Part shown: piece after piece, positions 1 to 14,500 of the stretch | Layout of the letters: the number at the start of each line of letters is the position of its first letter | Position numbering within the stretch: the stretch's first letter is position 1 | DNA from: Fimbriosthenelais zetlandica | Taxonomy: Eukaryota | Assembly: GCA_977030845.1 (NCBI GenBank) | Contig: OZ365110.1 | Span: 50,530,001 to 50,594,000, forward strand | Length of the DNA: 64,000 nt | Direction: 5' to 3' | The notes under the pieces: generated by a model | What the model was told of the DNA's origin: nothing | The model's input: only the letters and a program-made list of their open reading frames with translations | The model's database searches: none | Position numbers and translations under genes: made by a program

Positions 1-607
1 CATCACGTGAAGAAAGGTTCACTTTTATCAGTTATGGTTAATGTTCCACGACATAGATACTCATGACTTCCGTTAGGCCTCACTTCCGGTTAATTCAGCC
101 TGCCAAGCCCCATCAGCACATCATCGCCGACTAGTCGCCATGTTTGTTAACTTTTAAATTCATAATAATTTTTAAACTAGTGGTATGCTGTCGGGGATGT
201 ACTACATGTAGGTTGAAATGGGGATCTTTGCTTGCCTGCATGTCTGGCCTTGCCATGGTGGGTTATATTTATAATAAGAATAATCATAATAGGTTGAGAA
301 TCAGGGATCCATCCCTGTAATGGGTTGCCATGAAAATATGGGTTCCCCTTCTCTATTTCTATCATGTAGAGGGAGAAAATTTACCATAAGAGTAGTACTG
401 CATTACTGCGATACAGCATAATTTGTTACATTACTGTATAACAAAGGGAATGCTCATGTCGCAATACAATTCATGGACTGCGGTTGGAGTGTCCAAGGCT
501 TTCTGAAGGCCGTCCTCCACTGGCATAGAAATAGAATGCCGCAGTGCAGCAGAAGCATCACCTTTCTCATAACAGTGTCGCAATCATAAGTACAGCCATA
601 AGTCAGT

Positions 608-774
608 ACTCCACTGCGCGATTTTGCTTGAGACAAAGGTGATGATTATGTCGCAATACAATTTATTTATGATCGAATTGTCCAAGGCTTCAAGACTTTC
701 TTCCACTGGTACATTGCGACACAAGCATCACCTTTGTCGCAGTAGTGTCGCAAGCCAAATCGCGGCAGTGGAGT
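608..774. mobile_element. MITE-like inverted-repeat element, with a partial direct duplicate at 456-600
   Basis: actccactgcgcgattttgcttg..acaaaggtgatg (608-644) is imperfectly inverted at 726-774; atgtcgcaatacaatt occurs at 456 and 648; related pieces near 19141-19191 and 57032-57148. Confidence 0.6.
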
Positions 775-2170
775 CCAGCCTTAAGATGGCGCCATGCAGT
801 TAGGCAGAAAAGTGGCAGGCAGACGAATATGTCTGCGTTCATTATGTCTGCTTCAAGTCAAAACATTCGCAGTTTCATAACCAGACGCATACATAGCAGG
901 GAAGAGTAGGTGTTGTAGGTAGGATGTCACAACATCGTAAGCTCCCATGTAACCGGGGGGCACTCAAAGTCAAAGTGGGTACCGATGTTCGATCCCAATT
1001 TCAATGAGAATGGGTTACTTTTGCTGCCAACATCAAGGACTTCAAAATGGATAAAAAAAGGAATTTTCAGTTCCTCCTCTAAGTAGAAAAATAGTACGCT
1101 TTCAGTTTCTCAGAAATTCTATTCCACAGTACATGTTTTCCATTGTATTTATCTACCATTATCTCATAGTTGGTTTAAACAAAGGCTACTTAAGGACAGC
1201 TAAATTCTAAGAACCTTTTTGAAGGAAACATCATTGGATAGCATCTGATTTTGGAGATGGGGAACGAACACAGGTGATTGTGAGTGCCCCTTGGTGGATG
1301 TCACTATACATAGTAAACTTCCCATGTTAAACATCGCCTTCTACATGCTTCCCTGTCTTATGGGTTAGTAGCATGTTCAGCTGTTTACAGGCTAAATTTA
1401 GCTCATCTTGATCAGTTCATAACTGAACCTTTTTGGTCACAAGAGGGGAAGGTTATGACCAGAAAACTGTACCTTCATACATGGTAAAGTGTCAAGAAAT
1501 ACTGGAGTAACTGACGACAATATTCATCAGTCCTGCACATTGCAGTTACAGAACTTATTGAAGTTCTTTATGAACACCTAAAACTAAAGGTCTTGGATCA
1601 TTTTCTTGACAGGCGTAAACATGTGTTAGCCCATCAATTGCTTATGTCCCATCAGCCAATTGCAGAATAAAATTTTGTCTATGCAAACTAAATCCAGGAC
1701 ATGCAATTGGTTGCGCAATGGGCCGATGCGACCGAACTCTTGGTACCCTTGTTGCTAAAGTATTTTCCCCATGCTACCAAAGTATGAGACTATTACTTGA
1801 CATTTGGGATTAGGTTTAAGGATTCCAAGCATATCAAACGTATCAATATTTTGCTAAAACTGAAAACAAATCATTTTCCGTTGATTTTCTGTTTTTAAAA
1901 TCATGATGGATATCCATGAGGCGGTGATGCATTCCCTACATAGAATGAAGTAGAAATACTCGACAGTTTTATTTTTTAAACTCGTCTCCTGACCATGGAT
2001 AAACATTTTGCAGATGTTAAAACCATTAAAGGTCAGGGCGAGGTAGCAGCCACACCCAGTAATTGTTTTAAAAGATTAGGGAAACATTTCTAACTTATGA
2101 CTCTAGACAGGTAAAATAGTATTAGGCTTCCTGCACACAACCCAAGTAATACGTATCATGCTATCGTGTA

Positions 2171-2343
2171 TGAATGAATGAATGAATGCATAGAGAAAGG
2201 AATGAATGAATGAATGAATGAATGAATGAACGAACGAATGAATGAATGCATAAAGAAAGGAATGAATGAATGAATGTATAAAGAAAGGAATGAATGAATG
2301 AATGAATGCCTAAAGAAAGGAATGAATGAACGGATGGATGAAT
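2171..2343. repeat. Compound (GAAT)n microsatellite with interspersed AAAGAAAG spacers
   Basis: Directly visible; explains spurious ORF 2161-2412. Confidence 0.95.
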
Positions 2344-2474
2344 AATCTTTCTAATTTCCTTAACAGTGGTATAAATACATTTTAAATGTCCTAGACTTGT
2401 TCTGCTACACATCTGGGAAACACATTATTTTTTTTAACTGTAACGAGAGTGCTATATTACTTTGCCGTTTGCAG

Positions 2475-2545
2475 TGTTCATCAACATCATCACGACAGAT
2501 AGAGACCTGAAACCTGTCAACGAAAAGCTGCTCATCTACATTGAG
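2475..2545 (+). CDS. CPAMD8: CPAMD8-like exon 1 in window (MG2)
   Basis: gcag|...gag|gtgagt; [23 protein letters not shown]. Confidence 0.9.
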
Positions 2546-5500
2546 GTGAGTTATTTACGTATTTCTCTATTTTTCTCTTGCATTAACTTCCTTTACTTAA
2601 ACCCCGAATCCATTCCAGCAAGCCGTTTACTTGACGTACGTCCGTTGCATATAACTTGGCCTGACGTAAGTCAACGAAACAGCCCAGTGGGCCTACAGGC
2701 ATCAAGGCTTCAGTGGTGACGTGAAAATATGACAATTTCATTTTCCACAGATTCATTTTCTCGGCCTTCTATAATATGCCAGGTTCCTCATAGCCTATAT
2801 GCATTGACAAAGAGGCTGCATGCATGGCGATCGGTTGAATATAGTTTTTAAAAAAACGGCTCAGTGGACATGGACCTTACATATGAGGGCATTGTCTGAT
2901 TCATGTAGCCCCAGATGGCAGAGAGATGAGTGCTGGAGATCATATGGCAAGCAATTGTATTAGACTTGTTCCTGCCAGCAAATTACATTACCTTCCTATA
3001 GGCAATGTTGGGGGTGCATCCATAAAATAGTCCCCGCAGCTTATAATACTCCACATTTAATATAGGAATGCGAGACTTATTTTCCTGAAACGATCCCCTG
3101 AATGATAGAATGGGAGGTATGTTGACTTCATAATTTGATTTTTTCGCGTCGCTGCCAGACACTAATTCAAATTGCGAGCAAAGAGAGGAACTCTATATTC
3201 GACTTATATATTCATCATTATAGGAAACTCGATGATGATTGTCTCGAGATGTTACAAAAGTAGCAAGGGTGCCCAACAATGGTGGGCAATACATCTCATA
3301 CAATTGCAGTGAAGATTTCCCTTTCATAGAATCACTAAAGGAAGATAGAACTCTGCTAAAAAGTTAATTCTATCCAGTATTTGAGGTAACATTAGAAATG
3401 ACACTTATTTTAGAGCATCGTATTCATCGAAGCACTTTCCTCCATTTGCCGAGAAAAAACAGCCAATCGGTAGCCATTCTTATCACATCAGCTGCACTTA
3501 TCCTTGCAATAGCTATCTCCAGACAATAGAGGTGTATTTATGTTTGAATGGTACTTTTAACAATAGCCGAAGCTCTTGGCAAATCCCCAGGCTTTCTTGC
3601 TATACTGTACATTAGAGAGATTTAAACTGGATTTCTTTCTCCATCCCATTCATTATTAACTGGCTTATATGTGCTCCTGTCACTTGTAGGACCCGAGAGG
3701 TTCCCGGATGATACAGTGGTCGGATCTGGAGCCACCATGTTGCGGTAAGTATAATTATGACACCTTTATGTGCAATCTAAATCAGCACGAGTAGGCTGTC
3801 CATCAAGCCGTCTTTGGTTATCAGGGGATGTTGAGTGGTCGAGTACAACTTACTGGTGATTTAAATTCCAGTCTGGCTTGCCCAGGTCTGCTGTGTACTA
3901 CCAGAATGTACAGAGGAAACGATGCCTTGCCCCGAGGTAATTGGACTTGAGGAGGGTTGGGAATCGACGCTTTTGAGTTCTTTAATCTATGTAAGGCTGG
4001 TGGCTTGCTGCTGTATTCCAGATACTGTCTGGGAAATAATACTCCTATACAGAGTGTATTACATAGAAACCTGTTGATGAAATCACATAAGAAAGGATGA
4101 TACATGATACACATCTTCAGGCAAGGTTTATATATGGGACATTTTTCTTAACAAAATTGCACTACACAATTTCGAGAAGCAACTGATGAGGAAATGACAT
4201 GTCAAGGAATCGGTCAGTTAGAAAGTGACTTTAGTTTAGCTCTTTAGCCTAATTTAGCCCTTAGTAATGTAGCAAAATTCTCTTTTGAAATGAGTCAATT
4301 GATATCTAAACGCATACGGTGCATTTTCAATGTCATACCTTAATACAAGCCAGAATATTAATGCCAGAATTAGCACTAGTTATCACTAAGCATTATCAGT
4401 CACAACAGAACTACAGCGCCCCTGCACGACAGAGGGCATGACATATGGCCACATGATTAATCCTATGGGACGCCGGTTGTAGCCAACATGCCCCAACCTT
4501 CAGCCTTATAGGTCAGACTTGCTCCATTCATCTGTCTACCCCGAGCACCTCAACCCAGCCGACCCTGATGCCGACCCTAAAGCTGCTAACACACAGGGGG
4601 TGTGTGTGTGTGCATTGGGGAATCTATAGTGGAATGCATGGCTAATGCAAATGTTTGGCCATTCATATTTCCTCAAGGTTTTCACCATCCATACTGGAAT
4701 GCTAGACAAAGGCGTTTGTGTGAAGAAGTGTAGCCTGTTTCATAAGGGCTATTAGTCAGTCCCCTGTATCCTATGGGCCTGCAGTGAGAGAAAATGCTGT
4801 AACAGAAAACTCCAGCGCTGTGACAGGTCTGTGGGACCCAGCTATCTCACGCTGGAGTATTTTTTCCGGCCATTTTGTTTCCTGTGACAGTTGCCAGTGA
4901 AAATTGGCTGCGCAGGATCCATTTATAATACTGGGGATAGACATCAGGGGATAAAAATATATGGCATTGCTAATATTCCTTTTGAAACAGGCCGCAGAAA
5001 CACCCATGCAAAAGGAAAGAGCCTAAGCCTGCAGGATGAGTGTTGGGCCAAACTGGAACATTTTCAATGAGATGCCTGCAATATATTAACTTGTTTTGAT
5101 CCAAAGCCTTTGACCATGGGACTACCTTTTTGCACATAATGCATTAATTTAAACGCACACTTGGAGGATCAGACTAACACATTTAAAGGCAGGTGCATTT
5201 CAGATGAATGGTCTTTGATATTTCCTGTCAGACGCCTCCGGCGTGTCTCTAACTTAACTCTCCATACACCAGCTCCCTGCTGCCTGTCTGGGGTACTTGT
5301 CTAATACTCTGCCACCTCAGTGATTAGAGCCATATTAACCCCTTCACCACACCTATCGCTCATTGGAGCTGCTCACAGCTCAAGGAGGAGAAGGAGGAGG
5401 AGCAGGAGGTAGATCGGCTTCAAGAATCCCAAGGCAAAAATCTCCAGAAATCCCTGTAGTGGAGTTACTACTCCAGGGGCTATTTCCTAATGATCTGTAA

Positions 5501-8500
5501 AATGTTTGAGAAGGAGATACTTGAATTTCCAGCCCAAAATAATATAGAAACTTTATGGTAAAGGGTCTTAAGTGGCGTTCTCTTCTTGCGGCTGTTATGC
5601 AAGGCAATGGGCACCAGAGATCTCCAGTCAATTTAATCCACAAGAAATTGCGATTGCGATTCTCTGACAATTGTGCACAACTTTATTGCAACTCCTGCTG
5701 TACCAGTGGCCATTGCAATTATATGAAAGCTCTGCATGGGTTTTCATTGCATTGTTGCAAGTATAAGTACCATAAATAGCAAGGATCTTTCGCAGCAGAA
5801 ATTTTGAAATTTTGAAATTTCAAAAGTAATTGACAGTGTTATCGATGTATCGTAGTGTACATGTAAAAGCGAAAAGTGATTTTGAAATTTCAAAAGCAAT
5901 TGATGTATGTACCTCCAAAATAGCATAAGTTTACATAAAGATACTTTTAACGATTTAGAGTAATTAGACAGCCTTCCCCTCAGATGATCTCAGGGTCCTA
6001 TGTTCATAACTTATATGCATTCTTCTAGGGCGTTGTTCCATATACCCACCCTCAGCCTTGAGAAAGTTAACATTCTTTCAGCCCGTGCCTCTGTTGTCCA
6101 CATGGGCTGGCAGTTTGACACACCGTGTGACCTTTGACCCCACCAGCCACCACTACTGGCTGTTTTTGTTTTATGGTACCACAAATGCTGTTGGAGCAGA
6201 CCAATATAGCACCCGCCCACACGTGCCCTCCCTGATCCCACATTATTTCTGGGCTGTTTACTTCTATCTTTACATACTAAAGCCAGGAACGCACCAAGTG
6301 GATGTTACATCCGATCAGCCAAACCGTCCATCACTTAGGCCTGGTTTTTTTTAGTTCATTGTATACCCCGTTCATTCCCAAGGCCAGAAATTCTAAAGGT
6401 CCTCACTCAACAATTCATGGGATGCCAACCTACTGTCCCATTTGGCAGCTTCCTGCCATTGCATCAGTTTATGAGATTTGTCAGGGGCCATCTCAAAAGT
6501 TTGCAAGTTTTGTTTTCTAAATTTAAGTCCTTTAAAGCACCATAGGTGTTGATCTAATGCCTATTTTAATTTGTGGAAAAAAAACATATCGCGAGGCGAT
6601 CCAAGTCAGTCCAGTGTGGTCCAGCCTGAACATCACATCTGTTAAGGCTTGTGGCATACATATGATCCTCCAGCAGCCTTTTGACGTTACAACATGCTCA
6701 TTCCCAACTGTACAGTTAGTATTGATGCTGTCTCAAGTTGCCCATGAATTAATCTGATTCTACAATTATTCGTCGCCATCCGATCCCCCAAACGAATGGA
6801 GAATCGGATTAGTGTGTTGTTCTACCACAACTGTCTCGTCCGCCGCAAGTGTAACTGCTCTAGCAGGACTCTTTGTGAAGGGGTGCCGCCTATATTGTGC
6901 TCTATGGCAGATGATTCCATAGAAAACCAACCACAAAGGCTAGCCACAAATGGATTGCAACACTGGCAAAAGAACCCTAGTGGAGCTATCCTATTGCCTT
7001 AGTAGGCAATTCAGAGAAGGGTCGGGGATGACCCAATGTTATTACTTGAACATAGTTTGTTTCACAATCAGGCAAAATCAACATTCTACAATCAACTATT
7101 CTATATATAGACTGTATGGGCACTGTATGGGAACATGTATAATTGTTCCCATACAGTTCCCTGGCTTGAAGAGTCATTGATACGTGTTCGGTCATCCATA
7201 AAGTAAAAACAATCATTGTTAAAGTGGGTCAACCATGTTCTTTGGTGCATTTAAAGTACAAAAGGTGAGGGTTTAAAATATAATCATTCATTCTCAATTG
7301 AACAGTAAACTGCAGGACCTTGAAATCATGTTTTGTGTAGGTATCAGGTACACTGATATTAATTGTGCAACTCCCCAAAACTGAATATCAGATACTGAAT
7401 ACCCTTGAACAACTTGAATATCACTCTGAATTTCAGACTATGTACTCGGTAGGACTGTATGGTAATTGAATAGTTTTTGTACCATTGACATTGGAAATTG
7501 TCAGTTACAGGACGTGAAATATTAGTTGTCAGTGTATAATATTAACTATGAAAAACCCTATGATGGATGTTCAAGGTAGAAAGGTCTATTCTTTACCTTA
7601 GTTCCATTCCCTGTCCTGCCGTCATGATAAAAATAGAGAGCACCAGCACAAACCTTGCCATCGTTTCAGTTGGTTAGTTCGTCTTCATGGCACAAGGGCC
7701 TCGCCCTCCTCATCAAATTTCCGGCTTGCGCATATAAAAGTTGGTGTTGAGAAATAGACGGACATGGCAGGCGGAATGATGGCCTTTAACGTAGATGAAT
7801 ATGGAGATGTATAGAATCTGGATGCTCTATTCCAGGTTTATATCCACCACTCGTGCATTTTTTATATCTGTCAGACCTGAGGTGAAAGGACATAATACAT
7901 AAATATTGATGGAATGGGAATGGATGAAGAAGGCTTCTTCTATATTGAGGCAGGTATTCTACGGCCCTGCAGCATATAGGTCTCAGGTCATATAATAAAT
8001 ATAGTACAGAGAAAGGCTGTTTGAGGGAGGGCCAAAGTTCATTCAGCAACCATACTACAAATTTGCTGAGATTGTCCTTCTTCACCCAGAGCTGCTAATT
8101 GGGTTCTTCAAGGCCACTCCCACCACTATCTATGTTATGTAAATGGCCCACTATTTCTTCCACTGTCTATAGTGAAAGCAATTAGAGACTACCAAGTGTT
8201 GTCTCTGTGGTGAGAGGCATGTAAAAGGCCAGCCATGTCTCCAACTGCCTCTGGTGAGAAGCTTGTAGTTGTAAAAGACCAGCCATGTCTCCAACTGTCT
8301 CTGGTGAGAGGCATGTAAAAGGCCAGCCATGTCTCACACTGTCTCTGGTGAGATGCATGTAAAAGACCAGACATATCTCCAACTGTCTCTAGTGAGAGGC
8401 ATGTAAAAGGGCAGCCATGTCTCCCACTGTCTCTGGTGAGATGCATGTAAAAGACCAGACATGTCTCCTATTGCCTGTGCACAAAATGATGCTGTTCGAC

Positions 8501-11500
8501 AATAGCAGGTCATTGTTTGTGCCTGTGTGCCATTTTAGCCATCAATTTCCAAATTTAACTTCTCTTATGACTTCGAATTTGACTTCTCATATCAAATACT
8601 GTTTAATATAAACGTACATGTACCATCAATATGAACAACCACTCTGGATATAGCCTTAGCAGCTGCTAGCATGGCGTTAGATCACCATTCAGTCATTCTT
8701 TACTGTCAACCAATATAATGACTCTTTGACTGCCTCCCAGACGTTCTTAAAGAATTATACATACTTCTAGAATGTATAAAGCATATCAGTTCTCGTAGGA
8801 CTACCTAAGGGGGTATCTATCAGTCCAGTTTTAGCGTACACAACCCCCTGGTCCCAAAGAGACGACAGCTAAGTGTGCCTTCTCTAATCATATCACACAC
8901 AACGCATGCGCGAGCAGGGACACTTCCGATTCATACATCACTTCCGGTGCTAGCGCGCAGACTCCCAGCAGACGGTCACATAGTGGCTGATATTGTCCAG
9001 CGGAATCCCTCATGGGGGCAGATCAGTGAAGAATGTATTTAGCTGTGTTTTAAACAGACTGTGGCTGGCCATAGATGATATCCCTCCCGAGAAATAACGT
9101 CTGAATGAAAGCCACCACAGGCAGGGACCGATTGGTTAGCAGTGGAGATGTCTGGACAATTTTGGGCAAATAAATGGTTCTCGAGTATAATGGGAAAATG
9201 TATGTGTGGTGATCTGGGTGTTGGTTATTATAGATGGAATGAAGATGATATATCATCCGGAAATACCTTCTATAATATTTATTGCAATATATATCTGCAA
9301 AATCAGTCGAACAAATTCATAAAGAATTACCAAGTGCTTTAAAGGCACTTTTCAGAAGTCCTTATAACAAACTTGGGATGAGTGAATAATATCTAAAAAG
9401 CAACATGAAGATATGTATTTCAAACATTACAATTAGTGGTTTATCTGGAGTGAATCCAGTATTTTCGCAGGGGAGTGAGTCAGGGGTAAGGTACAATGTA
9501 TATGTGAAAGAGTGGAGGCAATGGTCGGGGCTTGGAGGTAGTGATGGGTCCAGCTTTGGGGCAAAAAATATCAGGGTGAGGGTAGGGGGGATCTGCCTCG
9601 AAATAATTTATTAAATAAAAAATTATATTTTCAGGGGTGGCCAACGTGTCGTATCCCATCTCAGATCAGCCGGTACTAGGGAACTGGCGGGTGATTGTGG
9701 ACCTCCAGGGAAGTATCTACAACCGAACGTTTGAAATCCAAAAGTATGGTAGGTATGTCTCACCCTGATGGCTTTGTTTCACAATTTATTTTTTATTTTT
9801 TCTTAAATGTATTTATCTCGTCACACTCTCTGTCAGAAAGTGTATCATGCCAACTCCTGATTTTTCTTTAAGAAATACTTATAGTGATTCTTGGTAATAT
9901 TAGCTGAATTACAATTGAAGACTGCCTTTTGTGCAGCAGTTATTCTTGTACATGCTGGTAATAGAAAATATTATAAATTTCTCAATACAACAGACAAACA
10001 GGGTGGCAGTGATATGTATTGGAAGGTTTTATTTCTATTTTTGTTCTATGTTGCCAGTCCTTCCCCGGTATGATGTGATCATTGATCCACCGAGGTTTGT
10101 TCGTGATTGGCGCAAGTGTGAGATCGTTTATGTTCGAGCCAGGTAAGTTCCCACTATAAAATATTAGGTATTCCTATTGTTATTTCATATCCGACAGTTG
10201 GCCATTGAGCTTGCAGAGACAAGATGTTGTACCACGGACCAATTTAATGAAACATGTATGACTATAATATAAGAAACAGCAGTCTCAGGTATTAAAGCAT
10301 CTCAGGATGAAGCATCTGGAACAATCTGGAACCTGTTTCAGGAGGAATATTACCGATAGAATTATTCCCTTTTAAACAGATTTTGTGATGTACAGCATCC
10401 AATCATGCTCATTTTTAATTTAAAAAAAAATTATTTGCATCTCATGTACCTAAAATTTATAGCTAAAAATGAACGGACAACTTTAAGCATTCATAATTGA
10501 AAATTGAAATGTGAATATTGCAGTAAGAAAAGCGTTGAATTGTAATTGAAGATGTATCATTTTCCATTCACTTTTCTGATACAGATATACTTTTGGGAAA
10601 CGTGTTAAAGGGATCTTATCTATAACAGCCACTGTTAAGGGTCTCGGTTACTACAAGGATTACACAGGTACCAGGATTGCGAAAACACTCGAGGTAAATA
10701 TCAATTTACTTCATTGTCTTTGGCATTTCTTGTTTGTATTTTATTTTATGTCCAACCAGCAAATCACAGGACGATTAATAGGGATCCTACGCTGTAGGAC
10801 TCAAAATCTTGGTAAAATCACAATTATAAATTAAAAAAACCATAGGGTCTATTGTAGTTGTAAATTCGGCCTAGTGATTAGGAAATTTCATCAATAGTCT
10901 GAGGGTTTTGTTTCACATCGGATGGCAATATCAGCGAGCATAATTTTCACAATCATTTCTCAATAAAATCTGACTTATTTTATCTTATAGATTCACGGCG
11001 TAGCTGCAGTCAATGTGTGCATTGATCAGATCGTATCGTGGAATGTAGGTGACCACTTTAGAGGACTGCTCTATGTAGAGGCCTCAGTAACGACCAATGA
11101 CGGCGCTACAGTCAAGGTTAATTCTATCTCTAACTATCGCCATCAAGTTAGCAAGTTTTTTCCTAAATATAATTCTTTAAATTGGATCTCCATCTCCTGT
11201 CGTAAAACAGTGTGAAAAACAGTGGCTGAAATCATGGAAAATGATATCCATGCAACTGTTTTTTTCACAAATCAATGTGGCCACCACCTCAATAATCCTT
11301 GTAGAGATCATTTTTGATGCTCAACTGATAATTCCGTGGTGCCACAAGGTCAGACACCATCCACTTTGTCAAAATCACTCTCAAAGATCCTCAAAGATTC
11401 GCCTCAGAGTTTTAAATACTGGCTTGGCATGGAGACCTTGCATTGAGTAAGGTATAATGAGTTAGACCTTGTTTCCAGGTGAGTGACAGTTCATGCCCGG

Positions 11501-14500
11501 TAACCAAGCATCTCATCCACCTGGAGTTTACTAAGGACACCAGGCCTCACTTCAAACCAGGGCTGCCCTATAAAGGCCGGGTAAGTCATTCCAAATGATT
11601 CCAGACTCTCTAACTTAGCTTATGGGTTGGTTCCACTGGATTTTGTGCTACAACTGTGTAACTCTTCATAGGCCTTCTGATGCCACCTGCTGGTTTTTCT
11701 GTTGCACCTCTTACAAGTGTAACTGTGCACCCTTGCTATTTTCCTATTCTGTGTTTCATTTGCGAATAGCGTGGCAGATATAACAATTGAGGTCATAGAT
11801 AGCCACAAGGGCTATAGCCACAACAAAATCGCAACACTCGCAAGGCAGAAATACCCCAGTGAAGCTACCCCATAACATAACAACCCCATAACATCAACCC
11901 CATAACATTGACCTACCTAACTATTAATAATCAAGTAATGGCATATCTTTCTTTCTGGTATACAGCCATCTGTAACAAATAAGTTCGGAAATTCCCAGGG
12001 GTTCTTCCCTAGAAATTGTACAGGGGTTTGTCTCTCCTATAGTGCTGTAATTAAACATTTGAAACAGCTTTAAATTGCTTATTTTCAGTTGAGGGTGAGC
12101 TTCCCTGACCAGTCTCCAGCAGACAACATCACAGTGCGGGTACAGGCCGATGTTAATGGTAAGAACTTCGTGGCCCGGGATTACGTCTCAAGAGCTGGAC
12201 TCATCAACTTTGGAATGCCGGCCATCCCAACAGTCGCTCAGTCTGTGTGGTTAGAGGTGGGCTACTCTCTTATTGCTTTTTTTCTGCGTGTATGTCACCT
12301 AGCCCATTGAGTTGACCATATTAATTGATGGCCAAGTTTAATAGGTGCAGTTTGAAATATAAATTGTTTTCGCCTTCCTTTGTACTGTAATAATACAAGG
12401 TATGGCAAAAGATTCTTTGGTAGTTTTGATACTGGACCTTTTGGAGCAAGCTTTGTTTCCAATATTTAGAGGTATATTTGTTGTTTCTGCTGACATTGCA
12501 AAAGTGCCTAAACCAAAGGAGCAGTGCTCAGAGGAACAATTGGCATATTATTAATTCAAGAAAACAGGTCCAGACGAAAAGCAACAGTTTATGGTTGTAA
12601 TGGTAAGGAATTGAACAAAAGGAAGAAGACATACTTAGACATCTTAAGAACATGTTATTTTGTGTTTCAGGCCAAGGTAATGAAGATTGGTAACGATGTG
12701 GTCCACGACCATTATTATCCAACTTACATGTCACTTGGTTCTTGGTATTCACCCTCCAAATGTCACACACTCATCGAGGGAAAGCCCGGCTCCCACAAGG
12801 TATGCAATATATCCTTACTATACCAGGACAGGACTGAAGATCTATCAAGCTTTTTTGTCTGAAGATTGAAGATTGCATTTGTATTGCATTTGTAGAACAA
12901 AGGAGGTTTTGTGTTTACAAGGTAAAACATGGCGGGTAATGGAACTCCTTTTAAGGGACACATGTGAATGATGTCCTTAATTATTATGTGGCTGGATTTT
13001 GTCCTTACAAGTGATTTTTAACTGCATGTGATGGTCACAAAAATAGCAGTAGTTGTAAAGAAACAACTCAAGTCAGCCTACTGATCGGGTAGCTCCAATG
13101 GGATTCTTTTGCCTTTTGCTTCTGCAACTCGCAAATATATCAGATGCAGCAGAAAATCTAGAGCCGCTTCCCCATTAATTTAAAGACCATGTAAACCATA
13201 CGTTAAAAGCTTAACCCTTTCCTCCAGGTTGGTCATGATGCTAAGTTCTACGTCCACTCCACATGCCCGTGTAACTTCACCATGTACTACGAGGTCATGT
13301 CACGTGGAAACCTCGTTAAATCCGGGATCCACATCGCCCGCCATGTCCACAAGAGGGCAGTGTCTGTGGAGGAAATTACATTCGCTGAGAATGAAGATGA
13401 TGTTCCCAGTGAGTAAAAGGTGTCCTCAATCCATCATCTGCTGGAGCAAAAATCCTGAATTTGTAGCTCAACAAGGAGTTAACTGAAAGGTTCTATAGAA
13501 GCTTATTTCAAAATATTTCAATAATATTAGCATTGCTCATGCTCCTTTTGAAAACGGGCTCCTGAAGTCGTTGCCAATCAATTCGTAGCAGTTCCTGAAT
13601 ATATTGCCTAGTAGCTCAAGCACAAGATAAGTTTTGTTTCTGTCGTCAGCCTACAGCCGCTTGCCCACAGGGATGTTTTCTTGATATATAATGTAGGCCT
13701 AAGAGGTGGTTTGTCAATTGCTTACGAAAAATTGACAAGCCAGCTGAATGTATGTAAGCAAGAAAGCCGTCCAATGGGATTTAGGTTTTTAAGAATTATT
13801 AGGATATATCTTCATTTCTCATTTCAGCTGAACATGAGTTTGGTGACATCAAGATCTGTACGATATTTGTCAAGTTCCCCGTCACCCACGAGATGGTACC
13901 CATCAGTCGTCTTCTGGTGTACTACGTCAGAGAAAACGGGGAGGGCGTCGCTGACTCACTGATGTTTAGAGTCCGACCCAAGTATAAAAATCACGTAAGC
14001 TCAATATTTAAAACTGTATAAGGAAAATCCTTATCTTTAGTCGATGTCCTAATGCTAGATCTACGCCAACTGTATACGACAGCTTCGCGAGGTACTTGAG
14101 GGCCGACGACTCTCGCGCCGCTCTCTCGCGCAACTTGTCTCAAGTGTGAACACTCCTATCTATCAGATGCTTGCAGATAGTGGCCGGCAAAGGTCCCAAT
14201 GATTTTGTGGGTTTTCATTCAACCTATTATAATATTCTCTAGATTTCAAATATGCTAGAATCAGACTAACCTTATAATGTACTATCATCGTTGTGTTGTT
14301 TCTCTAGCTGTCAGTGGGAGCTTCTAAGCGGGAAGCTGCCCCAGGAGAGAAAGTGAATCTTCATGTCAGTACAAGTCCCGAGTCTCATGTCTGTGTCAGT
14401 GCTGTGGATAAAAGTGTCCATCTCCTCAGACCGGACTTCCAGCTCTCTACAAAAGATGTAAGTTTTTGACCCATTAAACCATGCCCATCGATGATCTATT

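Noticed and set aside
1-2474. Upstream CPAMD8 exon (expected TDKP-type motif)
   Set aside because: No matching spliceable frame was found, so it is presumed to lie before the window.
3880-3965. CORE-SINE-like fragment (minus strand cctcggggcaaggca)
   Set aside because: The match is too short and degenerate to support a call.
7620-8140. Protein-like + strand frame (…[13 protein letters not shown]…[15 protein letters not shown]…) as a nested pseudogene
   Set aside because: Six internal stops in about 170 codons is close to random expectation, and I recognise no family.
11760-11860. Further old dispersed repeat (agccacaagg…gcaacactcgcaa) with relatives near 19.47, 50.3 and 61.83 kb
   Set aside because: The similarity is real, but termini could not be defined and nothing suggests function, so it was not annotated.
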